In this document: in pieces, positions 55,291 to 64,000 of the stretch
How the letters are laid out: each line of letters begins with the position of its first letter
Position numbering within the stretch: the first letter of the stretch is position 1
Origin: Myxococcales bacterium
Lineage (GTDB): Bacteria; Myxococcota_A; Polyangia; Polyangiales; DASUME01
Direction of reading: 5' to 3'
Length of the DNA stretch: 64,000 nucleotides
Assembly: GCA_047601445.1 (NCBI GenBank)
Contig: JASGJH010000001.1
Span: 4,128,001 to 4,192,000, forward strand
Notes under the pieces: generated by a model
What the model was told of the DNA's origin: nothing
Databases searched by the model: none
The model's input: only the letters and a program-made list of their open reading frames with translations
Program-made: the position numbers and the translations under genes

Positions 55291-58200
55291 ATGCAGAGAA
55301 TTCCGGCTTCGTCGGGACTGATTCGCGTCGTACATGTGAAGCTCGCATTGGCCGCCTGCTTGCTCTTGGGCAGCGCGTGCAGCGGGGACCCCGACGCGAA
55401 GGGGGACGCCGATCCCGATGGTGGACCCAGCTCGGACTCGGGCCTACACGGAGACGGAGACGGAGGGGTCATCGACCCGGCCCTGTGTGGCAACCTGAAG
55501 CTCGACCCAGCCGAGAGGTGCGACGACGGTAACCGCGCGCCCGCCGATGGCTGCAGCGCGCTCTGCCAGATCGAACCCAATGGCTGGCAGTGTCCGGTCG
55601 TGGGCCAGGCCTGTGAGTTGTGCGGCAATGGCACGATCGACGCGAACGAGAAATGCGACGACGGCAACCGGACCAGCGGCGACGGCTGTCGGGCCGATTG
55701 CTACGAGGTCGAGGAGCACTTCCAGTGCTTCGACGGCGCCTGTGAGCACTGCGGCAATGGAGTCCGCGAAACCCACGAGGCCTGCGACGACGGCAACAAC
55801 CAGTCGGACGACGGCTGCACCTTCAACTGCCTCGCGGTCGAGGCCGGCTGGGTCTGCGATCAGAGCGGTGGCGGCTGCACGATCTGCGGCGACGGGTTCA
55901 TCGACCCCAATCTCGAAGAGTGTGACGACGGCAACGGGTTGAACGACGACGGCTGCAGCAACGAATGCACCAAGGAACCGGGCGCCGTGTGTCTGATCAC
56001 GGGCGCGGTCTGCTCGGTGTGCGGCAACGGCGTGATCGAGGCGGTGTCGATCAACGACCAAGGTACCGCCACCACGAGCGACGACACCTACGAGATCGAA
56101 GGGTGCGACGACGGCAACCGCAATGACGGCGATGGCTGCTCGGCCGGCTGCGGGGTGGAAGAGGGTTTCATCTGCAAGGTCCCCGGCTTTCCCTGCTACA
56201 AGTGCGGCGACGGCGTGGTGGCCGCAGGCATCGAGGCCTGCGACGATGGCAACACCAAGAGCAGCGACGGCTGCCGTGCCGACTGCTACCTCGTCGAGCC
56301 GTACTACAGCTGCACGACGCCGGGCGCGCTGTGCGAGAAGTGCGGCGACGGCAACGTCGGCCCGGGCGAGACCTGCGACGACGGCAAGACTCCGCCCACG
56401 GCGGGCGATGGCTGTGACGTGCTCTGTCAAATCGAGTCCGGGTGGTCCTGCGACGGCGGCACCTGCCTCATGTGCGGCAACGGCGTCAAGGACGCGGGCG
56501 AAGCCTGCGACGACCGCAACAGCAAGGATGGCGACGGCTGCAGCGCGGACTGCAAGAGCGTGGAAGCCGGCTTCAACTGCTTTTTCCCTGGCTTTGCCTG
56601 CGCCAAGTGCGGCGACGGAAAGCTTCAGCCTGGCGAGGAGTGCGATGAGGGCACGTTCACGGATGGCGTGGGCTGCACGGCCCAGTGCCAGAACCAGAAC
56701 GGCTATGTGTGCGTCGTGCCGAACACCAAGTGCACGCTGTGCGGTGACGGCACCAAGGAAGGCCTCGAAGGCTGCGACGACAAGAACGGCGCGAATGGCG
56801 ACGGCTGCAGCTCCCAGTGTCAGGTGGAACCCGGCTACGTCTGCTCCGGGACGCAGTGCTTCGCGGGCGCTTGCGGTGACGCCGTGCGCGCCGGTGCCGA
56901 GGAGTGCGACGACGGCAACCTGAAGGCGGGTGACGGCTGCAATTTCGTGTGCAAGCTCGAGAGCGGCTGGTCCTGCGAAGGCAGCAAGGGCTGCCACCGC
57001 GTAGTCTGCGGCGACAAGATCATCGAGGGCGACGAGGAGTGCGAGGACAACGACGCTCCGCCCGCGTCCAACGACGGCTGCAGCGCGACCTGCCAGCTCG
57101 AGATCGGCTACAAGTGTCCGACGCCCGGCGCTGCATGCGTGACGACCACCTGCAACGACAAGCTCGTCGAAGGCGCCGAGCAGTGCGATGACGGCAACAC
57201 CAACGTGGGCGACGGCTGCGGCGCCACCTGTCAGCTCGAGTCGGGCTACTACTGCCCCACCCCGGGTTCGGCGTGCAAGCCCACCGTCTGCGGCGACAAG
57301 GCGATCCAGGGCCTCGAAGCTTGCGACGACGGCAACAAGGTCGCCGGCGACGGCTGCAGCGATACCTGCACGGTGGAGAAGTTCTACCACTGCAGCACGC
57401 CCGCTGCTGGTCAGGCGAGCGACTGCAAGCCGCTCTTCGAGTTCGTGGCCATCCGCAGCTTCAACATCCAGAACGTCTATCCGGAAGGCCTGGTGTACGA
57501 CCCGATCCGGCGCTCCTTCGGCGGCTTCAAGCAGTCCGCCAGCGCCAACAAGGATCCCATCGAGCTGTGCATGGACGGCACCATCATCGACCCCAACGAC
57601 ACCGCGTCGGGCTCGCAATACGGCACCATCTACCGTCCGGACGGGACGATGGAGCAGGTCGCCCAGAGCTACAAGCAGGTGCCGCGTCCCGTGACCTCCG
57701 GGACACTCCTGGAGGGTGCCTACGATCCCTTCACCGGGCACTACTTGTACCTGAGCACGAACGGGTCCACCGTGACACTGACGGATGTGCCCCTCTGCAC
57801 CACGGGCCTCTCCTGCCCGGCCACTTACTTCGACCCCACAGCGGCCGACGCTGCCAGCAAGCTGCCCAAGTATCAGGCCACGCTGAACGGAGTCACGGAC
57901 GCCGCAGGGCTCACCGTGGGTGAGGACGGCGACCTGTACGTCACCGACAGCAGCCTGGAAAAGATCGTGGTGTTCGCGCGTCGCCGGGATGCCAAGCAAA
58001 GCATCGTGGTGCCCAACTGCGTGAGCGCGCCCGAGGCAAACTGCACGAGCTTTGCGACCTCGTCGGGCTACAGCTTCGCGGACGCTGCCACCGACGTGCT
58101 CAAGAGCATCTTCACCGTGCCCGGTGTCGACATGGTGGGCACGTTCCACGGCGCCTCGGACGCCTCCTATCCGAAGGACCTCTACTTCAACTTCTATCAG

Positions 58201-59898
58201 CGTTCGCTGGGCACGAATCCGCCGCTGTACGGGCGCTCGACGCTCCCCGGCTTGCTCTTCGATCTGGGCAAGGTCGGTAGCAGCTACACCAAGTACTCCC
58301 AGTCGGCCGAGACGGCCGCCGACGGCGGTGCCTTCGTGATCTGCTCGGCCAACCCGAGCGAGCCTTGCCAGATGTTCGCTCGCCTGTGCGACACGGACGC
58401 CGACTGCGCCGGCGTGGGCCAAGGCACGCGCTGCACCAAGGACGCCAACACGGCGTTCAGCTACTGCGCCTCGAAGGGTGATGCGCGCGACGATCTGACC
58501 TCCGTGGCCACCGGCGCCAAGAACGTTGCTATCGACGTGCTGGCCAACGATAGTCGCAGTGAAGCCTCCTGCGTCGACCCGCGCATGCGCGTGATCAAGG
58601 TCAACGACGTGGGCACGCCGAACACCACGTCTCCGACCACCAAGGGCGGTACCGTGAGCTTCCCGGTGGATGGTTCGAACGTAGTTTACACGGCCCCCTC
58701 GAGCGGCTGCGGCCTCGTCGACACCTTCACGTACACGGCGGACCTGGGCGGCGGTGTCACGGACACCGCCACCGTCAGCATCATCATCAAGTGCGAGTGC
58801 GGCAACGGTGTGGTCGAGGGCGGCGAGCAGTGCGACGACAAGAACAACGTCGACACCGATCGCTGCAACAACCTCTGCCTCATCAACATCAAGTGCGGTG
58901 ACGGCTTCGTCGACGGCGGCGAGCAGTGCGACGACAAGAACACCGCCAACGGCGACGGCTGCAGCTCGATCTGCACACTGGAGTCGGTGTGCGGCGACAG
59001 CAACAAGGTCGGCGCCGAGCAGTGCGACGACGGCAACACCGTGTCGGGCGATGGCTGCAACGCCAACTGCACAGTCCCCAGCTGCGGGGACGGTCGCGTC
59101 GACCTCGACAACCCCGCCGGCGCCGAACAGTGCGACGACAGCAACGCCATCGCCGGCGACGGATGCTATCAGTGCAAGCTCGAGAGCAAGTGCGGCAACC
59201 ACATGATCGAAGGCAGCGAGCAATGCGACGACGGCAACATCCTGCAGGGCGACGGCTGCAATCAGTTCTGCAAGATCGAGGGTGGTTGCGGTGATGGCGT
59301 GATCCAGAGCAGCGAGCAGTGCGATGGCGCCGCCACCGGCACGTGCAAGGCTGGCTGCACCAACATCTGCATCTGCGCCAACTACTGCGGTGACGGCAAG
59401 CTCGGCGGGCTCGAGCAGTGCGACGACGGCAATAACGCGACGGGTGACTCCTGCAACGCCGACTGCACGGTCCCGCGCTGCGGCGACAAGAACGTCGACA
59501 GCCAGGCCCCGTTCAGCGAACAATGCGACGACGGCAACACCAACCCCTCCGACGGGTGCACGAACAACTGCAAGATCGTGGTGATCTGCGGCAACGGCGT
59601 GAAGGAAGGCAACGAGCAGTGCGACGACGGCAACACCACCAACGGCGACGGCTGCAGCAGCCTGTGCACCGTCGAGACCGGTGGCACCTGCGGTAACGGC
59701 ACGATCGAGGCCCCCGAGACGTGCGACGACGGCAACACCGCCAGCTTCGATGGCTGCAGCAACGTCTGCCGCACCGAAAGCGGCAGCCAGAACTGCGGCA
59801 ACGGCGCGGTCGAGGGCACCGAACAGTGCGACGACGGGAACCTGATCAGCGGTGACGGCTGTGACTCCAGCTGCCTCTGGGAGATCATCGTTCTCTGA
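55291..59898 (+). CDS. Large lipoprotein with myxobacterial Cys-rich repeats (DUF4215-like) and a cadherin/Ig-like domain
   Basis: LLLGSAC lipobox; about 14 N-terminal and 11 C-terminal CG(N/D)G..E.CDDGN...DGC repeats; ARDD...IDVLAND...DTFTYT Ig-like module. Confidence 0.9.
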   Translation: MQRIPASSGLIRVVHVKLALAACLLLGSACSGDPDAKGDADPDGGPSSDSGLHGDGDGGVIDPALCGNLKLDPAERCDDGNRAPADGCSALCQIEPNGWQCPVVGQACELCGNGTIDANEKCDDGNRTSGDGCRADCYEVEEHFQCFDGACEHCGNGVRETHEACDDGNNQSDDGCTFNCLAVEAGWVCDQSGGGCTICGDGFIDPNLEECDDGNGLNDDGCSNECTKEPGAVCLITGAVCSVCGNGVIEAVSINDQGTATTSDDTYEIEGCDDGNRNDGDGCSAGCGVEEGFICKVPGFPCYKCGDGVVAAGIEACDDGNTKSSDGCRADCYLVEPYYSCTTPGALCEKCGDGNVGPGETCDDGKTPPTAGDGCDVLCQIESGWSCDGGTCLMCGNGVKDAGEACDDRNSKDGDGCSADCKSVEAGFNCFFPGFACAKCGDGKLQPGEECDEGTFTDGVGCTAQCQNQNGYVCVVPNTKCTLCGDGTKEGLEGCDDKNGANGDGCSSQCQVEPGYVCSGTQCFAGACGDAVRAGAEECDDGNLKAGDGCNFVCKLESGWSCEGSKGCHRVVCGDKIIEGDEECEDNDAPPASNDGCSATCQLEIGYKCPTPGAACVTTTCNDKLVEGAEQCDDGNTNVGDGCGATCQLESGYYCPTPGSACKPTVCGDKAIQGLEACDDGNKVAGDGCSDTCTVEKFYHCSTPAAGQASDCKPLFEFVAIRSFNIQNVYPEGLVYDPIRRSFGGFKQSASANKDPIELCMDGTIIDPNDTASGSQYGTIYRPDGTMEQVAQSYKQVPRPVTSGTLLEGAYDPFTGHYLYLSTNGSTVTLTDVPLCTTGLSCPATYFDPTAADAASKLPKYQATLNGVTDAAGLTVGEDGDLYVTDSSLEKIVVFARRRDAKQSIVVPNCVSAPEANCTSFATSSGYSFADAATDVLKSIFTVPGVDMVGTFHGASDASYPKDLYFNFYQRSLGTNPPLYGRSTLPGLLFDLGKVGSSYTKYSQSAETAADGGAFVICSANPSEPCQMFARLCDTDADCAGVGQGTRCTKDANTAFSYCASKGDARDDLTSVATGAKNVAIDVLANDSRSEASCVDPRMRVIKVNDVGTPNTTSPTTKGGTVSFPVDGSNVVYTAPSSGCGLVDTFTYTADLGGGVTDTATVSIIIKCECGNGVVEGGEQCDDKNNVDTDRCNNLCLINIKCGDGFVDGGEQCDDKNTANGDGCSSICTLESVCGDSNKVGAEQCDDGNTVSGDGCNANCTVPSCGDGRVDLDNPAGAEQCDDSNAIAGDGCYQCKLESKCGNHMIEGSEQCDDGNILQGDGCNQFCKIEGGCGDGVIQSSEQCDGAATGTCKAGCTNICICANYCGDGKLGGLEQCDDGNNATGDSCNADCTVPRCGDKNVDSQAPFSEQCDDGNTNPSDGCTNNCKIVVICGNGVKEGNEQCDDGNTTNGDGCSSLCTVETGGTCGNGTIEAPETCDDGNTASFDGCSNVCRTESGSQNCGNGAVEGTEQCDDGNLISGDGCDSSCLWEIIVL

Positions 59899-60010
59899 GC
59901 CTGGCGGGCGTGCGACGCGCCCCCATCGAGTCCCCGCAGACTTGGCAGCTTGCCTGAGAGCTCAGGTCGCGGGCTCGGTTCGCACGCGAATTTTTCGAAC
60001 TCGCGCAAAC

Positions 60011-60038
60011 TCGAGCCGTTTTCGAGCCTCCCTCGATG
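60011..60038 (+). promoter_or_regulatory. TCGA(G) direct repeats with 11-bp period
   Basis: TCGAGCC at 60011, TCGAGCC at 60022 and TCGATG at 60033, in the intergenic region before 60155. Confidence 0.4.
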
Positions 60039-60154
60039 TCGTTTGGCGCAACCAGCAAGAATGCTGTCGCGAACGGCATCATACGCCCTGGAGCGGGGCC
60101 CCACTCACCACCAGGCGTGAGTCCATCCACGGATGGCGAGCCCTGGGGAGCAAC

Positions 60155-60916
60155 ATGAAGAACACGATCCTTGGAATTGCGAGCAGTGCCTGTTTGCTGG
60201 GTCTGGTGATGGCCGGAGCCGGCTGCGCCGACGGCGGCGCGGAGCAGGGAGAGCAGGACGACCAGAATGTCGGCACGAGCGAGCTCGAGCTCAGCATCAT
60301 CGACTGTCAGCAGCAGCGCCTGCAGTGTGCGCTGAAGGCCACCAGCATCGCGGACGTGCAAGCCTGCGATCAGGCGCTCGGCAGCTGTCTGCAGACGGTG
60401 GGAACCCCCGGTGCGCCGACGCCCAATCCGCCCGCGGCTTCCGGCCTGACCGCCTGTCGCAATCAGGCGACCACGTGCGTGCAAAAGGGAGGCGTGCAGG
60501 CGCTATCGAGCTGTCGCTCTACCTTCGAAGCCTGCGTGCAAGGACTCGCGGCAGATGCTGGTACACCGGCACCGGGTGGCGGCGGCGCAGCTGGAGGCGG
60601 CGGTCTTCCCGGCGGCGGTACCGGCGGATTGCTCGGCGGTGCGGGCGGCCTGCTCGGTGGCAACGGCGGATTGCCTGGCGGCAACGGCGGATTGCCCGGT
60701 GGCAGCGGCGGTCTTCTGGGTGGCGGCGGCCTGCCGACGGTTGATGCGGGCCTGCCGAGCTTGCCCGGGGCCGGCGGCGGCATGCCCTCGCTGCCCGGTA
60801 CTTCTTGCCTGAGCACGCTGCGCCAGTGCGTGCAGAGCGGGAAGACCTCCCCCAGTGATTGCGCCAATCAGGCGCGCGCCTGCCTGCGCGGCTCGCTGCC
60901 GGACGCAGGTCCGTGA
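60155..60916 (+). CDS. Cys/Gly-rich putative lipoprotein
   Basis: GGGGAG RBS, AGAGC lipobox, three C-x6-C...C-x6-C units, GG(L/N)PGG repeats. Confidence 0.8.
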   Translation: MKNTILGIASSACLLGLVMAGAGCADGGAEQGEQDDQNVGTSELELSIIDCQQQRLQCALKATSIADVQACDQALGSCLQTVGTPGAPTPNPPAASGLTACRNQATTCVQKGGVQALSSCRSTFEACVQGLAADAGTPAPGGGGAAGGGGLPGGGTGGLLGGAGGLLGGNGGLPGGNGGLPGGSGGLLGGGGLPTVDAGLPSLPGAGGGMPSLPGTSCLSTLRQCVQSGKTSPSDCANQARACLRGSLPDAGP

Positions 60917-61389
60917 ACGTACGCTGGTGCCTCAGCGCACTCGGGCTCGTCTGCGTCTATGCGGCCGTTGGCTGCGGAGACGATCCGGCGAGCCCGAACC
61001 TTTCGTCCGACGCGGGGCGATCGCATGGCGACGGCGACGGCGATGGGGACGGTGACCGGAATCCCGACGAGAGCGACGCGGGCGCCAACGCCTGCTGCAC
61101 GGCTCGCAAGGCCCCCGGTTGTCCGGATCCAGACGTGGAAGAGTGCGTGTGCAACGACGTCGCCGATTGCTGTCAGAGCAATTGGGACGTGGTGTGCATA
61201 CAGCTCGCCGACTCGCTCGGCTGCACCTCGTGCAAGGGCGAGTGCTGCGCCGGCAGCTCCACCCCGGGCTGCAACGACGCCAAGGTCGAGCAATGCGTTT
61301 GCGAGAAGGCGCCGGAGTGCTGCAAATCCGAGTGGGACGAGTTCTGCTCGACCCTGGTGGAAGGCTTGTCCTGCGGTAGCTGCGAGTAA
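60913..61389 (+). CDS. Cys-rich putative lipoprotein
   Basis: GTGA overlap, AVGC lipobox, (DG)n tract, two CC..PGC..VE.CVC...CC...WD..C repeats. Confidence 0.8.
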   Translation: MNVRWCLSALGLVCVYAAVGCGDDPASPNLSSDAGRSHGDGDGDGDGDRNPDESDAGANACCTARKAPGCPDPDVEECVCNDVADCCQSNWDVVCIQLADSLGCTSCKGECCAGSSTPGCNDAKVEQCVCEKAPECCKSEWDEFCSTLVEGLSCGSCE

Positions 61390-61499
61390 AGGCGGCGCGC
61401 CCGAATCTCCGTTTGGGCCAGGCACATTCGCACTAGATCGCCACAAAGCCGCTCAGCTCATCGTGGCACATCGGTCGTTGGTGCGTACCTCACAGCAAC

Positions 61500-62792
61500 A
61501 TGCTTGCCGTCGAGTCCTCTCCAGCGTGGCACCCGAGGTCCCATGCCTATGGCCGCTACGTCATCGGCCTGCTCACGCTGGTTAACTTCGCGAACTACCT
61601 CGACCGCATGGTGGTCGTCACCATGTACGAAGACCTGCGTCGCGAGTTCCACTTCTCGAACGGCCAGCTGGGAGCGTTGTCGACGGGCTTCTTCGTAGTG
61701 CACTCGCTGTGCACACTGCCCTTCGGCTGGGCCGCCGACCGCTTCGACCGTCGCCGCGTCATGGCCGTCGGCGTCGTGTGTTGGTCGATCGCTACGCTGA
61801 GCAGCTCGTTCGCGCAGGGATTCATGTCGCTCATGCTCCTACGCGCCTTCGTGGGCGTCGGCGAAGCGGCCTACGGCCCCGCCTCGGCCGCCATCTTGTG
61901 CGAGGTCGACGCGAACAAGAAAGCTCGCCTCAACGCGATCTACAACGGCGGGATGTTCGCGGGTGCATGCGCCGGGCTTTGGCTCGGAGGCACGCTCGGG
62001 TTCCCCCGCGCGTTTCGACTGGTTGGGCCGCCCGGCATCGTGTTTGCGGTGCTCTTGATGATGCTCAAGATTCCGCCACGGCGCGTGGGCGTGCGGAGAC
62101 AGAGTGCCCCGTCCTTTGGCGCCGTTGCGCGCACGCTGGGTCAGGCCATCCGCCGAACGTTCGCGATTCGAACCCTGCGCTGGATGCTGCTGTCCGGCAT
62201 TTTTGCGAGCTTTGCGGCTGGGGGATACATCACGTGGATCGTCGACTTCACGGTCCAGGTGAAGGGCATGTCGCAGGCGGAGGCACGTCCACTCTATGCA
62301 CTGATCGCGCTCACCGGAGGAATCGCAGGCGTGGTCACCGGCGGCACCCTTGGGGACTACTGGCAACGGCGCTCGCCCCGCGGACGGGTCCTGACGATCG
62401 CCACCGGCTTTCTCGCGGCCTCCCCGTTCTGCCTCGGCATCATCCTCATCGATCACGGCATCCCGTACATCGTCGTGTCGTGGCTGCTCATGTTCTTCTT
62501 GCCCTTCTACAACGGCCCCATGCCAGCGGTGATCGACGACGTGGTGGACGACGATCAAGCGACTTCCGCTCAAGCGAGCTTCATCCCGTTCCTGCATATC
62601 CTGGGCACGGGTTCCGCGGCCACCATCGTGGGAGTCGTCTCGCAGATTCATGGCATCGGCCTGCGAGGAGCCTTTGCGCTGCCCGCGATCGCGACCTTGC
62701 TCGCCGGCCTATTTGCGCTGCGCGCGTCGCACTTCGTGGCGCACGACATCGCGGCACGCAACGAGCGGGCAAATGGACACGGGCGCGCTTGA
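61500..62792 (+). CDS. MFS transporter (spinster-like)
   Basis: NYLDR, motif A GWAADRFDRRR, RAFVGVGEA, about 12 TM segments. Confidence 0.92.
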   Translation: MLAVESSPAWHPRSHAYGRYVIGLLTLVNFANYLDRMVVVTMYEDLRREFHFSNGQLGALSTGFFVVHSLCTLPFGWAADRFDRRRVMAVGVVCWSIATLSSSFAQGFMSLMLLRAFVGVGEAAYGPASAAILCEVDANKKARLNAIYNGGMFAGACAGLWLGGTLGFPRAFRLVGPPGIVFAVLLMMLKIPPRRVGVRRQSAPSFGAVARTLGQAIRRTFAIRTLRWMLLSGIFASFAAGGYITWIVDFTVQVKGMSQAEARPLYALIALTGGIAGVVTGGTLGDYWQRRSPRGRVLTIATGFLAASPFCLGIILIDHGIPYIVVSWLLMFFLPFYNGPMPAVIDDVVDDDQATSAQASFIPFLHILGTGSAATIVGVVSQIHGIGLRGAFALPAIATLLAGLFALRASHFVAHDIAARNERANGHGRA

Positions 62793-62828
62793 GCTTGGAG
62801 GCATGGACGCTGGCATCCGAGAAAAACT

Positions 62829-62864
62829 AGAGGCCCCGAAACGCCGCTGCGCTTCGGGGCCTCT
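62829..62864 (-). terminator. Rho-independent (possibly bidirectional) terminator
   Basis: AGAGGCCCCGAA...TTCGGGGCCTCT 12-bp stem between convergent genes; T-tract on the minus strand. Confidence 0.8.
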
Positions 62865-62914
62865 CTCGTTCGCACGAGGTCAGACGACCTGCATGCGCTT
62901 TCCGAGCGAGCTCG

Positions 62915-64000
62915 CTAGGGCGTAAGCACCATCGTCGACAGGCCGCCGACTCCAGCTGGGGCATTGCTGAGGTTGGTGACCGTGCCGGCTGTCGGATCAA
63001 AGCGAACCACCTGCTTGCCGAAGCCGTCACTCCAGCTCGACATGTAGATGGCGCCGCCCGTGAAGTCCGTGGCCATCGTGGACCAAATCGTGGCCGGAAC
63101 TCGCCCTGTGTCCGTGGAAGGTCCGGACGTGGTCGCACTCACCGCCCTGATGCTATTCGTACTCCAATGCGTGTAGAGGTTGCCCTTGAAGTACGCACCG
63201 TCGGCGTTGTCATTGCCGTGGCCCTCGGTACCGACAGTGAGGGTTTCGGATTGTGTTGCAGACGCCGGATCGATCACCATGAAGCTCTGGCTGTTGTAGA
63301 CGCGAGCGTACAACTTGCCTCCCGTCGGGTCGTAGCTACCTCCGGTGGAGCACATGTTGCTCAACGTGAATGACGTCCAGGCCCCTGCTTCATAGCGCCA
63401 CATCTTCGCCTGGCCGTAGGGGCAGTAGTAGATCCCATTCGGTGTGTACGCGAGGAATCCCAGTTGGGGCGAAGCAGGTCCTCCGCTCGCCGACACCGTG
63501 GACCAACTGTTGCCCGCGACGCTGTAGGCACGCAGGCTGCCGTCCGCCAGGTAGGCATAGACGTTGGGGCCGTCCGTGGTGAGGGTGCTTCGGATGTCGA
63601 CTCCAGCCGGCGTCGCGGCCGTCCAGGTGTCGGTCGCAATAGTGTACTTCTGGAGGATGCCGCCTCCGCCGTTGTAGCCCTGCGTTCGGAACAGGAAGTG
63701 GTTCACCCGGCAAACCGCGGCCGAATCATCGACTTCGCCCGGCTCGAGCGTGCCGTTGCCTGCGGTGCCGCCGCCGTCGCCGTTGTCCAGGCCAACGTCG
63801 ATCTGGGTGCCACCAGCTGCGCAGGTCGCGCCGAGCTTGAGTGTCGTGGTGCTCACGAGCGTGCCGCCAGAGTTCGCCCCGGTTGCTCCCGTGGCGCCGG
63901 TTGCTCCGGTGGCTCCGGTGGCGCCCGTCGCACCAGTCGCGCCGGTTGAACCCGTGGCGCCCGTGGCACCCGTGGCTCCAGTCGCTCCGGTCGCTCCGGT
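62915..64000 (-). CDS. Collagen-like protein with C-terminal Kelch-like beta-propeller (5' part outside window)
   Basis: Frame open to the window end: (GAT)n triplets, CAAGG...GLDNGDG...NGTL..GEVD...C module, then Y...NSW-type propeller repeats. Confidence 0.8.
   Translation of the reverse strand, partial: TGATGATGATGATGATGSTGATGATGATGATGATGATGATGANSGGTLVSTTTLKLGATCAAGGTQIDVGLDNGDGGGTAGNGTLEPGEVDDSAAVCRVNHFLFRTQGYNGGGGILQKYTIATDTWTAATPAGVDIRSTLTTDGPNVYAYLADGSLRAYSVAGNSWSTVSASGGPASPQLGFLAYTPNGIYYCPYGQAKMWRYEAGAWTSFTLSNMCSTGGSYDPTGGKLYARVYNSQSFMVIDPASATQSETLTVGTEGHGNDNADGAYFKGNLYTHWSTNSIRAVSATTSGPSTDTGRVPATIWSTMATDFTGGAIYMSSWSDGFGKQVVRFDPTAGTVTNLSNAPAGVGGLSTMVLTP
63875..64000 (-). repeat. 9-bp-period repeat encoding collagen-like Gly-Ala-Thr triplets
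   Basis: Minus strand translates [22 protein letters not shown]... with synonymous variation. Confidence 0.9.

Noticed and set aside
55444..59523. 1359-aa minus-strand ORF
   Set aside because: Antisense shadow of the Cys-rich gene; its AVAVVAL repeats mirror the CDDGN repeats, and high GC3 suppresses stops.
55291..64000. Repeats as a CRISPR array or mobile-element repeats
   Set aside because: The repeats are in-frame coding repeats with synonymous variation. No constant repeat/unique spacer pattern, cas gene or transposase was seen.

Overview
High-GC window, most likely from a myxobacterium (Myxococcota, Polyangiales-like). This is inferred from the myxobacterial Cys-rich repeat proteins, multiple Ser/Thr kinase-ATPases, hybrid histidine kinases and DAG-rich lipoproteins. 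From left to right: (i) a wHTH-FHA regulator translationally coupled to a Ser/Thr kinase that is cut by the window edge and absent from the ORF track. (ii) A compact biosynthetic cluster joining a pyrrole-2-carbonyl starter module (prolyl-PCP dehydrogenase, stand-alone Pro adenylation enzyme, PCP) to a discrete ACP plus KS/CLF pair (type II PKS), with a GNAT upstream and no KR, DH or TE. The same 11-bp-period direct repeat lies next to the regulator and in front of the cluster. This is the best candidate for an undescribed system. (iii) Three paralogous giant kinase-P-loop ATPase-helical proteins and three hybrid histidine kinases, mixed with secreted unknowns and gene remnants (a collapsed TetR/flavin monooxygenase pair, an esterase C-terminus). 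(iv) A cobalamin-riboswitch-led anaerobic-type corrin ring operon that lacks cbiJ/cobK but carries a CbiX-ferredoxin fusion, DUF3209-like protein, FNR-like flavoprotein and an orphan ORF. (v) A quinol-dependent NO reductase divergent from a His-rich periplasmic protein. (vi) Cys-rich surface proteins, an MFS transporter and a partial collagen-like protein. No rRNA, tRNA, CRISPR array or intact mobile element was seen. All family calls come from motif recognition by eye; no database search was run.
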